Source: Rhina ancylostomus
Lineage: Eukaryota
Assembly (NCBI GenBank): GCA_030265395.1
Contig: JARFYF010000012.1
Span: forward strand, 15,061,375 to 15,125,374
DNA: 64,000 nt
Direction: 5' to 3'
In this document: one piece after another, positions 12,041 through 25,670 of the stretch
How positions within the stretch are numbered: position 1 is the first letter of the stretch
How the letters are laid out: each line of letters starts with the position of its first letter
Translations under genes and position numbers: made by a program
Notes under the pieces: model-generated
Databases searched by the model: none
What the model saw: only the letters and a program-made list of their open reading frames with translations
Told to the model about the DNA's origin: nothing

Positions 12041-15000
12041 GCACCTCCTCCAATTTTTCACTTGGGATTAAGCAACCCATTCTGGCTAAGGCACTACTGC
12101 AAAGATCCTTTGAAAGAATAAACAAGTTATCCACGATGCCTGTTAGCTTCCAATCAACTTTTCAGCTGAATTACTTTCATTTATCTATGGGCATTATTGA
12201 CAACCATTTGTTCCTACAAGATAAAAAGGCATTTCCTTCAGTTTACAAACCCTGATTGCAACAATATAGACCCAAGTGTGTACAGTGGCAAAGTGGTTAA
12301 ATTAACTGAAGGTCTGAACCATTGAAAAAACATTAGTGTTAGTTCTGTTCGTCTTGATTTTTTTGCCAGTGTATTGACTTTGGTTGACTCCCAGTGCAGT
12401 TTTCACTCTCAGAATGTTACAGGATACATCTTGCTCATTAAACAGCTGGAGTTGTAATTGTCCAGCTGACTGAAATTCAATTTACAAAATGGAGACACTC
12501 CCTAGTTTAGCAGCTCTTTGCTACCGACTCCTTCAGCTGGTCTAGGAATGTAATGAGATGGATAATTGGATTGGGGATAAGCATATTTCCACCTCGGTGA
12601 TTTTTGCAATAAATCTTCCCATTATACCTTGCATTAATATGCTGTGACCTGGGGGATTTGCTTGAATTTTATGTTACAAAAAACTTCCTAAAGTACTGGG
12701 CAGATTGAATTATATTTCTATTTGTTGTGATTCATTGTGTGTGTGATGCAAAGTGGTTTTGCATAGTTTTTCATGCAAAATTAAAGTCTGGTTTCTGGAA
12801 TTTAGTAAAGAATTTAGTGATTTGGAATATAATTGTGAAACTTTCCTAATTACAACAAATTGCAGGGAGACCAGTCTTTGGAAAATGTCTGGAGTGACAA
12901 ATCAGGAGCTTGTCTGTCTGCTGCACTTGTTGTATGGAACAGTACAAGAAACATGGACTTTTTCTTTAGAGTGATACTCTTCATACAATGCTGTGTTATA
13001 CCAGTAATCAGACAGGATTGTTGTGGAAGGAAGTAGTTGGTTTCTGAAGACCTATTCTTCAAATGGAAACATTCAGTAAATTAAATACCCCCATTGATCT
13101 AACCATTCAAATGAAGTGGATCCAATCTGGCTGGGTGAAACTGTTTCACCTTTGACCTTCAATCTCGATCATCTATCAGAAGTCTTCAGGGTTCACTGCA
13201 ATGTCCTGGTAGCCCTTAAAAGTACAGACGCTGTAAATTGTCTTTCACCAGTCCAATTATCCAATGAAACGACCTATTGTCAAAGAGGAATATCAGATTA
13301 TTATTGTTTTGGTGACCTATCAATTGACCTAAGGCAAATGGGGAGAGAAATTAGTCTTTGGTCATAAGTACATGCTTGTGAGAATATGGGCTTCTCGATG
13401 TACTCACCTCCACATGTTTAACTTCATTGGGCTGGATTGTGGTCAGCAAAGGAGCCATTGCTTGTCTCATCCCCAGTGATTTAACAGGGGTTACCAGCCC
13501 CAAATAAAAAGTACATGCAGGTAAGTACTTATTTTTCTCTATTTATCTCCATTAATTTACTTAATTTTAATTGATTCTAGCTTTCTTTTAATTATTCAAG
13601 CTTGTTGAACAGTTTTTACAAGTCCGTTTTCAAAACCATTTTAAAAATAGTTTAAGGGCCTTTGCAGCAGCAACCTGTTCAAAAGCAATCAGGGAATTCT
13701 AGCCATGAGGTCTTGGGGTGTGCCTCCTAATGGCTCACTCCACCTTGTGGGGACAACATGCAAGGAGCAAGGGTCACCTTAGTTCCCCATCATATCCAGA
13801 TCAGGTTAGCGAGAGTTTGACAGTCACCAAGAGCTGGATCTGGTACAATTCACCTCATGGTCTTGAAGGACAGAATACTAAAGACATGGAAGAGAATTTA
13901 CTTGTGGTTGCACTTAACACAAACTAAATGAAATGTGTGGTGGTGATCATTGCTGGTAACTGACATTCCTAGTAGCAGTCAAATGCACACTTCACTTCCA
14001 CTTTTCCAAATGAAAAATTTTGGTGGACATATTTGAACAATCCCTGTCATTGCTACTGATTCACATTTAAGTATTGCTCAAAATGATTTGCATTTCTATA
14101 TTTGCATAACAAGGGATTGACCAAATTCCAGAAAGTGGTGTAGGACTGCTCAGAAGTGGTTACCTCACAGCTTGCTTTAGTTTAGGATGACATTGAAAGG
14201 TGTAAAAGAACTGTTCTTGAGCCAACTTTAAACATACCTGGACCACATTTGAAACACTTGGAGTTTATGGAAGTGTTTAGACAGTGTATACTGTTGCCAA
14301 CTCTAACGGCCAATAACAATTTTAGTAATACAAAACCCCAATTTATCTGANNNNNNNNNNGTTGTCAAGAGTTTCGACAAAGACAAGCAGACTAGAAGCT
14401 TCATTTTAAACAGAATGCCAGTCGTGCATTGTAAATAAGTACTGTCTGCATGGAACAACTTGAAATCAATGGAGGTAGAATAAATACAACTTGAACAGTA
14501 TACTGATCTAGCAGACAACTGTATCACCACTCAGCTTCTAATTGCACATCTGCAATTGTACTTTGACAGTAATAAATAGTGTACTTTGGTTCTCTCCACC
14601 ATATGAGGGAACGTAGTTAACATATGTGAAATAGTTAGAATTTGGAAGATCCATTCTAACTTGGGCCTCAGATTGCCATAACACTGAAATGGCAGAAGTC
14701 GGTCTTCCTTATGAAAATGTCAGTGAAATGTGTTGCTCTTTAACCAGTGACCCCAAGCTCTGAGTTTAATGACAAAACATTCCAGAATGAGAATTTACTT
14801 TGACTCAAGTGGGTGCAGTTGGGTGATGCAACTTGGCTTAGACATAGTCATCAGATTAGAAAAATAACATGCACAGCACAAGATTTTTGTTGAATGTCTT
14901 CATTTTTCTTTCTACAGATGTTGTTACTCATTTGCCCAATGGATGGGTTATTTCCAAATAGGAATTCCCTACATCTGCAGTAACAGTATCAAAGGCTTCC

Positions 15001-15669
15001 TTCTACAGTTTCTTCAATGGTTTTATGAATAACCCATCATTGGAAATAATAGGTGATATGGCCATTACAGGTTTTGCTGAGTCCCAGGTCTTAATGTTCA
15101 GGAAACAGGTGTATGGTATCAATTAACATCTTGGGGAGGTTTACCAATTGGACCCTGAAATACATAATTTTCAACCTCTATCTGCTGGTGAGCTTAAGGC
15201 ATTGCAGATGGCCAGCATACTCCCATCTATTACAAATAATGTCAAGACCTGGGAGGTGGTGGGTCTTTCATTACATCTTGATTCTAGTGACATAATAGTA
15301 CTAAGGGCATTCCAAGCTCAATGTTCATTGTGTAAGTTTGTTCTGAGTCATTGTTAATGTAACAGTAATTACTTAGTGTAAATACAAGAAAATAAATGGG
15401 TGAAATAGATTTGAAACAGAGGTTGCAGCTGAAGATTGACAGTGTAGCTGATAGACTGTTCTCAATGTCAAGGAATAGGCTGATCCATATCCAAGAATTT
15501 CCAGGTTAATTGAGGCTGTAATGCAGTTTATTTCCAAATAAAACCACCCTTTGTAAGCTTTAGTTTTTTTTTACCTCCATCACTGCCACTGCTTTAAAGT
15601 TTCAACTATCAACTGTGCGGCTTTTCTTTCATGATATCTGAGGAGATCTGCTCTTAGTTTAGAGATGTA

Positions 15670-15820
15670 CGTACCTTTTAAAAGCTAGTTGGACAGGTTC
15701 ATGGACGAGAGGTTTAGACAGATGTGTTCCAAATGTAGGCAAATGGGACCAGCTTAGATGGAAATCTTAGTCAGCATAGATTAGTTGGGCCGAAGGGCCA
15801 GTTTCCATGCTGTACAACTG
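15670..15820 (+). mobile_element. CR1-like LINE 3' tail
   Basis: FKS*LDRFMD followed by gttgggccgaagggccagtttccatgctgta. Confidence 0.8.
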
Positions 15821-16749
15821 AGTAACATCTGCTCAGCGATACAGTAGCACATGTGTGTTACACTCTGCTTCTGAAATTTGGTTTCATTGAGTGAAGAAAT
15901 CAAGGATCAGAAATAGCATTTGGTATAACATAGATTGCCCTCTGGTTAATCATACTGAATGCAGTCTTCAGCCAATGCCAACCAAACACTGCTGGGCTGT
16001 TTCAACAGAGTACCAGAACTCTGAATGATTTGTCTGAATAACACCAGCATACATTACTCAGAACTGCACCTATTAAAAGGAAAGCACATTCTATGATAAA
16101 TGGCGCAGTGTGGGAGAGAACAGACCATGGTTTTTGGCCATAAAGTAGGGGGAACGTTCTATAGCTGCAGGGGGTCAGGAAGCCCTCCAGACATAGTCAG
16201 AAGGTATTGAGGAGATCATTGATACAGTGTCAGTGTGAAGAATCAAGCTCCAAGGACCTGTCAGAAGTTCAATAACCTCCCTGGAGTGGCTAAGTGAATG
16301 CATCTTGAAATGCCACATGTCACCAAGGAGCACACTCCACAATTCACCACAACCCAATCACTTAAAAAAAAACAATCATAATTTTGTATTTGCTGTCTAC
16401 ATCATTTTGAAACTTTAAAGACACCCTTCCTTTCAGAAGAAAGGAGATGCAGAGTCCACTTTCCCTCAGTGTTAGATAATGTGATAATCTCAGTTGCATT
16501 GATTACATCTTCCCTTGGAATTCACTTTTTGCTTTAATATTAGACAAACACAATCAAGCAGCTTTGGCTTCTTCACCTATCCTTGGTTGGAATTGCAGCC
16601 AGATTTTAGAATCTGGCTGATTCAAGTTATTGATTTTGAGAATTTTCTAGCTTGACTGGTCACTTTTTCAAATGGATCTGACTTATCAACTCCTGGAAAG
16701 GGGTGCAACCATTGACATACCGACCCAAGAAATCACTCTCCAGACCATC

Positions 16750-17185
16750 ACTAGTCCCCATTGTAGGCTTACTGCAATGTTGGAGATCCTACCTTTAGAA
16801 TGGATTTTAAAATGATATCTTGTTACAGAGGAGATATTAAAATGAGATTGGGTTGATGTTGATGTAAACTTGATTGTGGAAGAACTACATGAAATCTTGT
16901 TCACTGTTTATCCCAGTCAAGGTACAGATCAGTCGATTAAGCTGCAGGATAGATTTGTGAGGGCCTGAATGACCCATTCTCGTTCTTGTGATCCCCTGCA
17001 TGCAAATTTTCTGCTGCATTTAGTTGCGTTTATTTGACTATATGTTAAATGTAATTCAGTAACTATGGAGTTCTTACAGAACAGCAATGCTATGCTACAT
17101 TTGTGAATTGTCTAAACAATTGAAAATTTTGTGAGAAACAAACATTATACAAGGCTTATATTAAATAAGGACTTCTTTTTATTTC
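16750..17185 (+). mobile_element. Decayed DeuSINE-like remnant with a possible CR1 tail (about 16915-16995) inside
   Basis: Weak similarity to 27480-27760 and to the reverse complement of 30815-31240; gagggcctgaatgacccattctcgttcttgtg resembles a CR1 tail. Confidence 0.35.
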
Positions 17186-19234
17186 AAAATGGGTTTATTT
17201 AATATCAGTTTTGTTCTCATTCTACCCTTCTCATCTAACCCAAGAATACTGATGATCAGTTTCTATGACACCATCATCAAGTGAGTAAAGTCAGGTTCTT
17301 TTTTTTCTGAGATGATACCAATCCTTTGGTTTGGAGGTGAGCTTTAGTTGAAAGGGTACTTAAAGCTGAATGTACTTGGATCTTTNNNNNNNNNNNNNNN
17401 NNNNNNNNNNNNNNNNNNNNNNNNNNNNNNNNNNNNNNNNNNNNNNNNNNNNNNNNNNNNNNNNNNNNNNNNNNNNNNNNNNNNNCTTTTGGGGTTAATG
17501 CTCATTTGTAAAAGTGCAATAATTTATCATGTAAGCACAGCAGAAGAAAGTAAATATCATGTTAACTGATGGCACTCTCTACTTTGACATTGCATTAAAG
17601 TTGGTCTTACAATGGTGGTTAATAACTAGTTTTCAAAAGCATTATTAGGCCCCAGACTCATCATTCAATCAACTTATGCTGCTGTAATTACTTGTTCAAT
17701 GTTTGCCAATGCTAACATCTACCAAACAGTGAGTTCCACTATCTTAAATTGACAGTATCTCTGAAATTAAATGGAGGGTAGCTGAGTTACAAAAAGCGCA
17801 ATGGAAATTAGTGAGCAGTTTCAAGAAGCAACAACAATGATCAGATAATGATTGTATCTATATCGTGAGGGCCAGTTATATTCCAAGTCTGCAGTATCTA
17901 CCTTTTTAAATATGAAATGCATTGAGAAGTCATTTTTGCAGAGCTGATGTTGCTTTGCAGACATGATATCAATATCACTGAGTTCCAATTTCAAAATTTT
18001 ATTGCACTGCCATGTGTTCAAATACATTTGAAGCTTTAGTACTATCACAAAATGGATTGGCACTTCAATAGAGTTTCACAAGAAATTTCACTGCAGTGCT
18101 TGGTGCATTTGATGTTCCTGCCAGGGAGGCCAATTGGGTATGCAAAAGATACCTCAGTCAGCATGCAACTCATGGTTTGTATTGCTGCTGCTGCTATGTT
18201 TAAGCAAGTAGGTGTGCTTTGGACTCTGCATAGATCTCAACTAGTGTAAATTAGTGGGCTCACCCTTACCTGAGCTACAATCAGAAAGTCTGTCACAGAA
18301 GATGTGTTATGAAGCCTTTTGCTGAGGACTAGATGTCTCTGATGCTGTAGGTTAGGCCTGCTTTGGGGGCAGGATTGACTCTTCCTGTGATTGTTCCAGA
18401 ATCGTGCTTCTGGGCATCATCCCAACTTGCACTTCAAGAAAAGAACCTACTTAATTGCCTCTCACTACATGTTGCAATGGTTCTGAATGAGCAGCTGGTT
18501 TAACAGCTCCCTCCATGATGGAAGATCACACACTATTTTGAACTTGCATAAGGTTGTTGCATGTGCTGCATGAATGTGGTATGCAATGCATATGCGTGCA
18601 ATGTTCTATACAAACTGCAAGAAACTAATGTAGGTTCCCTGCATAGTACTGTTTGATTCTGAGGGTCTGTGTCACATTATCCAGAGCAATCAATGAAGAT
18701 TATATTTGTAATTTACTCTGGTACTTTTAGTACACCCATCTCCTGCCCTAAATATTTTTTCATTTTCTTCCTGAACATTTGTTCACTGCAAACAATAACA
18801 ACTATGATTTGTACAGCCTCTGTGAGGAAATTAGCCTAATGCCATAATTACATGGATTATGCCAGTTATAATGTCAACTGGATAACGATAAGAAAATCTC
18901 CAGAAATCTACAGAAAAGAAATTGCTGCAAAGTGAGGACACAACAAGCAGAATTCCTACTACTTGTCATGCAACAATGAAATTAGCGTGTAGATTCTGTC
19001 TCTGCCAAAACTAACTAGTTCATATCTCTGGGAAAAGCATCCAGGTATGGGCAAAGCAAGGAAGAAATTGGGTTAGACAACAGTTTTTTGCAGAGAAAAC
19101 TCTAAGTACTTAATTTACTTCCAGGATGAATAGCAGTTTGTAAGCTTTGAAGAAAATTATCCTAGTTATTTTTCCTTCTAGAAGAAAGTTGCTTATTAAA
19201 TTAATTTCACAAAGTTCATTTTTTTTTAATCAAC

Positions 19235-19720
19235 AACAGTGTGCATTTATATTGTTCCTTGTATGTTGCCAAATGTCCCAAAGCAATGGGATATCACACA
19301 GGAATGTTGTTAAACAAAAGTTGACACCAAGAAATTGGGAGAGATATCCAGGCAAATGACCAAGTCAATTTTATTGAGCAACTTGGAGGAAAGAGACATG
19401 AGGGACAGAATTCTGGAGTTTGAGGCCTTGGTGATTTAATTCAGTGTCACCAGTAGTAAAAACCAATTAAATTCAAGGATGATGAAGGTGGTTGAACTGG
19501 AGAAGTAGAGAAATGTCAGATGATTTCAGAATTAATAAAGGCCAAGGTCATGGAAGGATTTTAAAACAATGGTAAGAATTTGAATCAAGGTGTTGCTTAA
19601 CCAGGAAACATTGTTGGTCGGCAAGCNNNNNNNNNNTGGGTGAATAGAACTTGGCAGCACAGATTGGATAATGAGTTTACAGGGAATGGAAAGGGGGAGG
19701 TCAGGCAGGAATGCATACAA
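19235..19720 (-). mobile_element. Old L2-like LINE 3' remnant
   Basis: Purine-rich mirror of the L2-like remnants (aggtcatggaaggattttaaaacaatggtaagaattt; gaattctggagtttgaggcc). Confidence 0.5.
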
Positions 19721-20151
19721 AAGTGAAAACAATACAGAAAGGTGTGCTCAAGGATTTTTAGTGCAATTTACCTGCTGAGATCAAGTAATTATGAAGGTTC
19801 GTGTCTTTTAAGAGACCTCTCGCCCATTACTATTGACAAGCACTTCTGTTCTTCTGGAGTTTTGAGGGAGACAAAGTTCCTGAATTTGTTCTTGCAACCT
19901 AGCTGAAAGCTGCAGTGTGAGTGTCGCAAGGCAAGTTTACACAGTACTTTTTCCCCTCTGTGGTATCGAATAAAGGTGTAAAATGTCAGAAGGATTTGAC
20001 AGTTTGATTGTTTAACTCCTTCAATTAAACTTTCATAATGCACGATTGCATGATGTGCCAGACAGTGAAAGAACAGAATTCATTTAAAATATGTGCCTCA
20101 ATATGTTAACTATTGCCACCCTGGCCATTCCCTTTTTTTCTCTCCTACCTT

Positions 20152-20920
20152 TTTAGAAAGATAGGAAAAACTGCAGCACAATTCAGGGCCTTCTGCCCAC
20201 AAAGCTGTACCGAACATGTTCCTACCCTAGAAATTACTAGGCCTACCCATAGCCCTCTATATTACTCAGCTCCATGTACCTATCTAACAGTCTCTTAAAG
20301 ACCCTATCATATCCGCCTCCACCACCATTGCCGGCAGCCCATTCCACGCACTCACCACTCTGAGTAAAAAAAACTTACCCCNNNNNNNNNNNNNNNNNNN
20401 NNNNNNNNNNNNNNNNNNNNNNNNNNNNNNNNNNNNNNNNNNNNNNNNNNNNNNNNNNNNNNNNNNNNNNNNNNNNNNNNNTACCCGATCAATACCTCTC
20501 ATCATCTTATACACCTCTATCAGGTCCCCCCTCATCCTCCGTCGCTCCAAGGAGAAAAAGCTGAGTTCCCTCAACCTGCTTTATAAGGCATGCCCCGCAT
20601 TCCAGGCAGTATCCTTGTAAATCTTCTCTGCACCCTTTCTATGGCTTCCACATCCTTTCTGTAGTGAGGCGACCAGAACTGTGCACAGAACTCCAAGTGG
20701 GGTCTGACCAGGGACCTATATAACTGCAACAAACCTCTTGGCTCCTAAATTCAATTCCCCAATTGGTGAAGGACAATACGCCATATGCCTTCTTAATCAC
20801 AGAGTCAACTGCACAGCTTCTTTGAGCAGCCTATGGACTCAGACCCCGATCCCTCTGATCCTCCACACTGCCAAGAGTCCTACCATTAATACTATATTCT
20901 GCCATCATATTTGACCTACC
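20152..20920 (-). mobile_element. Relatively young CR1-like LINE, 5'-truncated, spanning a gap
   Basis: ORF track 20284-20574: ELSFFSLERRRMRGDLIEVYKMMRGIDRV...LRVVSAWNGLPAMVVEAD; upstream LVRPHLEFCAQFWSP motif. Confidence 0.95.
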
Positions 20921-20921
20921 T

Positions 20922-21245
20922 TCTGAGGGAAGATGCAGGAGCTTGAAAGCCCAGACTCAGGAACAGCTTCCTGTTGTCAGACTTCTGAACCAATCCCCTC
21001 TCTCACATCACCTTCCCAGTGGTGCTAGCACGTTTTCAGTCTCTTAATTTTATCTGTTATTTTGTTATTGTCAACTTAGCATTTCTTTTTGCACTACTCT
21101 CTTTGCACCGTTCTGTTGTACTTTGCACTGTTCTGTTTGTGTTCGTCGGTGTAGTTATTATTACCATGTATAATTTTTGCGAGCTTAACGCGAGCAAGGA
21201 AGTTCATTGCATCTTGGTGGATGTGACAATAAACCAACTAAATAA
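20922..21245 (+). mobile_element. Rex1/Babar-like LINE 3' fragment
   Basis: ggaagatgcaggagcttgaaagccc...caggaacagcttc, and a tail ending gtgacaataaacc. Confidence 0.7.
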
Positions 21246-24200
21246 CTCGCATTGGATAATGTAAATACAGTTCTACCAATTTGCTCTTAATGCACAGGGT
21301 CTCAGATGTGTGAATCAGAAATGATTATAAATATGACACTGCTTATAATGTTTCATTGGTGGAGGTAACACATTACCAAACTGGAGTTCAGGACCAATTT
21401 AAAAATTTTGTATTTTATGTTTTTCAAGAATATTTTCAAGAGTGTCATTAAGATCTGGAATGAAATTCAAAAGCAATTGGGCATAAATTTGAATGGTTAT
21501 GGGGACAAGTCTTGGTTGTGGGACAACATTTTATCAAGACTTTTTTTCAATGATTTCATATTGATATGATGGGACCAACAATCATCTGTGTTGTTGGATT
21601 ATGTTATTTTCTTAATATAGTATAAGGGTTCCTTTAAAGGTGTCTTTGATCTCTTCTGTTGTGTTTTCTTTCACTCTGAAGTATGAACAGTTACAATCTG
21701 TTGAAACTTACTGGATTCAGTTTCCTGTTTGTGCAATTGCAAAATGTAACTCTTGGCTCTTACAAGTCCACAGTACAATAGCTGCCGTTTTCATTCAGGA
21801 AATTTGGTACAGTAACAATGGCACAAGTCCATTCCACCCTTTCCACTTGAGGACTTTTTCCATTTACAAATTCTGGATGTTAATCTCAGACATAATGTGG
21901 AAAAGTTGCCAAGCAGAAATGACAGGTGTTTCCTTGAAGTGAGGATGGGAAAATAGGAAGGTAAAAATTAGATTTTCATGAGTTCATTGAGTATACAGCT
22001 TGTCTCAGTGACATAAAGTTAAACCTGAGTTTTATCGCAATTAAAGCATGATTTATATTAGTTTTTGGTGTGTCTGGGGTATGAGAAGGCTGGAAATATA
22101 GGGCAACTCTTTTTTGCTGAAAAGATGGAAATTTGATATTTACAGTCTTGTTCTCTTGCAGTTTATTTAGTCTGTCAATGGAAGCAAAGTAAAAAGATGC
22201 AACTAATGATATGTGGCAAGTTTAGGCCGACGCAACAGGGAATTAATTTCTAGGCATTCATGCACTTTCATTTTGTGAAGTGTCTTTGGGTACTGATGCT
22301 GCTTTCAACAGTTAGCTGATTAAGTTTTCTGTTAACATATTTAATTTTGAAGAAATTATTGAATTTAGTGCAATCCAAATTTATTCTGGTCATACTTGTG
22401 TTTTTTAAATTTTGGATTGGAACTTACAAACTAGTAATAGTGTCTCAAAAGATTTGTTGCCTTTTTTAAAAAAAAGAGGGCTGACCAGAACATATCTCAA
22501 TAGATACGTCAAGAGGAATGGAGTGCATATATAAAAGCTGTATATGGGAAATGATTTTAGTTTATTTTTAGAGGCTACAATGCCACCTAAGAAGCCGGAT
22601 CAATAATTAATGATTCTTTTATCAAAAATATTATGTTGAGTCTGGTAATATCTTCTGAACGAATGAACATTTTTCTATCTTGATTTATTGCCAACTTGCA
22701 TTTTTTTTAAAAAGCTGGCGATTGACATTTCCCTAGAGAAATTGAGTTATATTACTTAGAATTTGATCACATTACACAGTCTTCTTCCCTGAGTGGAAAG
22801 TAGTAGTAGTGCTCTACAGGTAGAAGCATGCTGTGAAAATGCAAGTGTTCCTCCCCTCTTGTGAATTGGTTTATGTGCTTGAAGTATGCAAAATATAGCA
22901 ATTGCTTGTGCAACACTCATTTAGAGCCAGTCAAGATTTAGGGAATGTTCCAAGTATGCTTGGCACTTGATGCTCACAGTCCAACCCAATGTTCATAGCA
23001 CTGCAGAGTGGGGTGAAGTAAAGGGGGCCTCAATGAACTAAGTTCCAGCCAGTGCTTGGAACTTAGCTGAAGCTATTTACTTAAGGGCTCCCTATAAGGA
23101 AACCCTGCTGCAATATGCTGAACTGCCGTGCCCCCCACCCCACCACACCACACCACATGTTATTGATTCCCACTTTCCCCTGGTGCTCTCAAACCTCATT
23201 GTGACTCAAAGGGTTTCATGACTAGGTGGACCAGATAGTCTTGGGCAAGACCTTTTACATGCTTGAATGTTTTAGGCATCTAAGAAACGTGCATGGATAA
23301 TAATGTTGATTTTACATTCTTTGAGCCCAGCACACAGCACCTATTGAGACCCTGGGAGGGAGGTAACATTTTATTAACAGCCTATTGCTGAACCTTTGGG
23401 AGGGAGCCAAAGATATTGACAGTCTACTTGAGGTCAGTCACTTTCAACTGTGAGTGGCAAGCCTTGAAATAGGTAACAAAGTAATGTATAGCCAATCACC
23501 TTTTGGTGAGAAGGACTGGAACATTTAATAAGGAGTGGGAGGGAGAGCTTTGGTTTTAGTGCTTGGTTATGATAAGCACGAGAGAAGTTTTGTGAAAACT
23601 GTAAAGATTCATTTTGGTTAGGTCATTCTCATCTTGGATTAACGTCAACTCAGTGCACTTAATGGCTTGGAAAAGTTGCATGATGTAAGAAGAATTGGTG
23701 GAGAAATTTTGTCTTTTTATAACCAGCATTAAATACATTTGAGGTATCCCGGGCAGAGGAGATGGTGACCAATACTTAAGGTGTTTATTGCTGTTGACAA
23801 CACAAGTTTCTCCTTAATGGTATCTGGCTGCTGTAACGAGGATGGCACATTATTACAACCCCCAGGGTACCTATTGTATAACCAGATGTTGGAATAATAT
23901 GCATCACCATGGAAAAGTATTATCAGATATCCATAAAGGTAATCTAGCTTTTTCATCCAGAACAATGCAGCTAAATTGGAGTGATTTGGTTTTGATACAA
24001 TTTTAGTACACAAAGCAGCCATTACACATTATATTTTAAAGTTCACTTTAAAAAAAATCACAGGATAAGGTTTGAACCCTATTAAGGTATATAAAAAAAT
24101 AGATGTGAGGACCTGGTGAATGAATAACTTGCCCCTTCATAATGTGTTGCTTCCCCATGCATTACCTCCTATGATATTGCTTTCTTCACCTCCTTTACAA

Positions 24201-25339
24201 TAAGTTTTCCAGAACAAAAATAAATGGGAAATAATAGTTGTTTGTTATTGGGATAAGCTGTGGTCTCTTGTACGTCAGTGGAAAATAGACGAGGTTGTGT
24301 GGAACTGTCAGCATCTTTTGAGAGCAGCTGTGGATAATTTATCAGAAGTCAGCACACCTCAACAGCAAGTAAGAGTCTGTTTTGTTTCAGCTGGTGATTC
24401 ATCGACAAAACGCAATCACTGCTGCTAAACCACTTCACTTCGATGTGAGCCATCTGGTCTTGCACAATGTATCAGAAGATAATTGAGTTGAGAAAAACTG
24501 AATATCAAGGTAGAGGATCAGCTCGTATATTAATCTTTTCACTTGTGATACAGCTGCACACAAGCCATATTTTCCAATTACTGGAAAGAAATTTTTTAAT
24601 CAGTTTATTTGATCTGGCTTATTTAAAATATACATATATTGTTCCTTGGCCTTTTTTAAGGTTGTTTTGAAATCTTCAACAAAATAAGCATGCATCCTAC
24701 TTTTTTTGTAATTTCATACACATTTTTAAAATCCTTACAAGAACTCTAATTCAACCTATCTTGTGTTTTCTCTGCTTCTAATCAATGCACAAACCATGAT
24801 GTCTTCAGTCAGAGCTTCAGTTTGTGCCTGTGAAATATTCTGCATATTCGTTGATTCTCAAGAGTCTGTTCTTCCATTTCACTCCCCTCTCCTCCTCATT
24901 GAGTAAATCCTCTTGCAGCATATATAAACAATACAGTGGTAGGGGGACAGAGAGAGATTACCAAGTGGTATCCAATGAGAAAAGAGCAATGGAGCTTCTG
25001 GGGAAACACTCAACTTCGACTGCAACTGATGACAAAGGATGCTGGTTTATTTCCATGTGTTAGTGACACCTTGTCTATGTGACTGCCCTGGCATTGAGGT
25101 GAAGTTCCACTTAAACAGAGGCACCCACGACTCTCATTACTTAATCCTGAGGGTAATGCTCAGCCTTTCTTAGTTTCTGCATTTCTTTCTTAGAGATAAT
25201 AGTAAAACAAAGTTGCAGGTGATAATGTAAAAATGATTAAAATTGACATCATGACCACTTTGGTAATGATGATAATTGTGGTGACCATTTGTGGACACAG
25301 CTCTCAACATCTTACTGCACAGATCAGGAATTGAACTCT

Positions 25340-25670
25340 GGGCTTTCTTGTAGCTTTCAACAACTTGGTGCAATCTAATTCTCTGTCACCTCAGCTCTTC
25401 TTTTCTGGCCTCTTGCACATCCTGAATTTTATCTGCTCCACCATCTTTGACCATATTTTGTACTTCAGAGGTCCTAAGCTCCCAAATCCCTTCACTTCTT
25501 TCACTTTCAATCTTCTAAGTTTCTGAAAACCTGCTTCCTTGATTGCCTGACCAAAACTTTTCTTTCAGTCGCTTGGTGCCATATTTTATTTCTTTAATCT
25601 GTCTTGACAAATGCTTTGGAATGTTCAACTCTGTCAATGGTGCTATATAAATGTGCAGGATTATTGTTGT
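25340..25670 (+). mobile_element. Old L2-like LINE 3' remnant
   Basis: Similar to 3345-4075; tail aatgctttggaatgtt...ggtgctatataaatg...ttattgttgt. Confidence 0.5.

Noticed and set aside
13505-13530. Consensus donor CAG|GTAAGT
   Set aside because: The adjacent ATG-CAG is phase 0, with no supporting promoter or homology; isolated donors are expected by chance.
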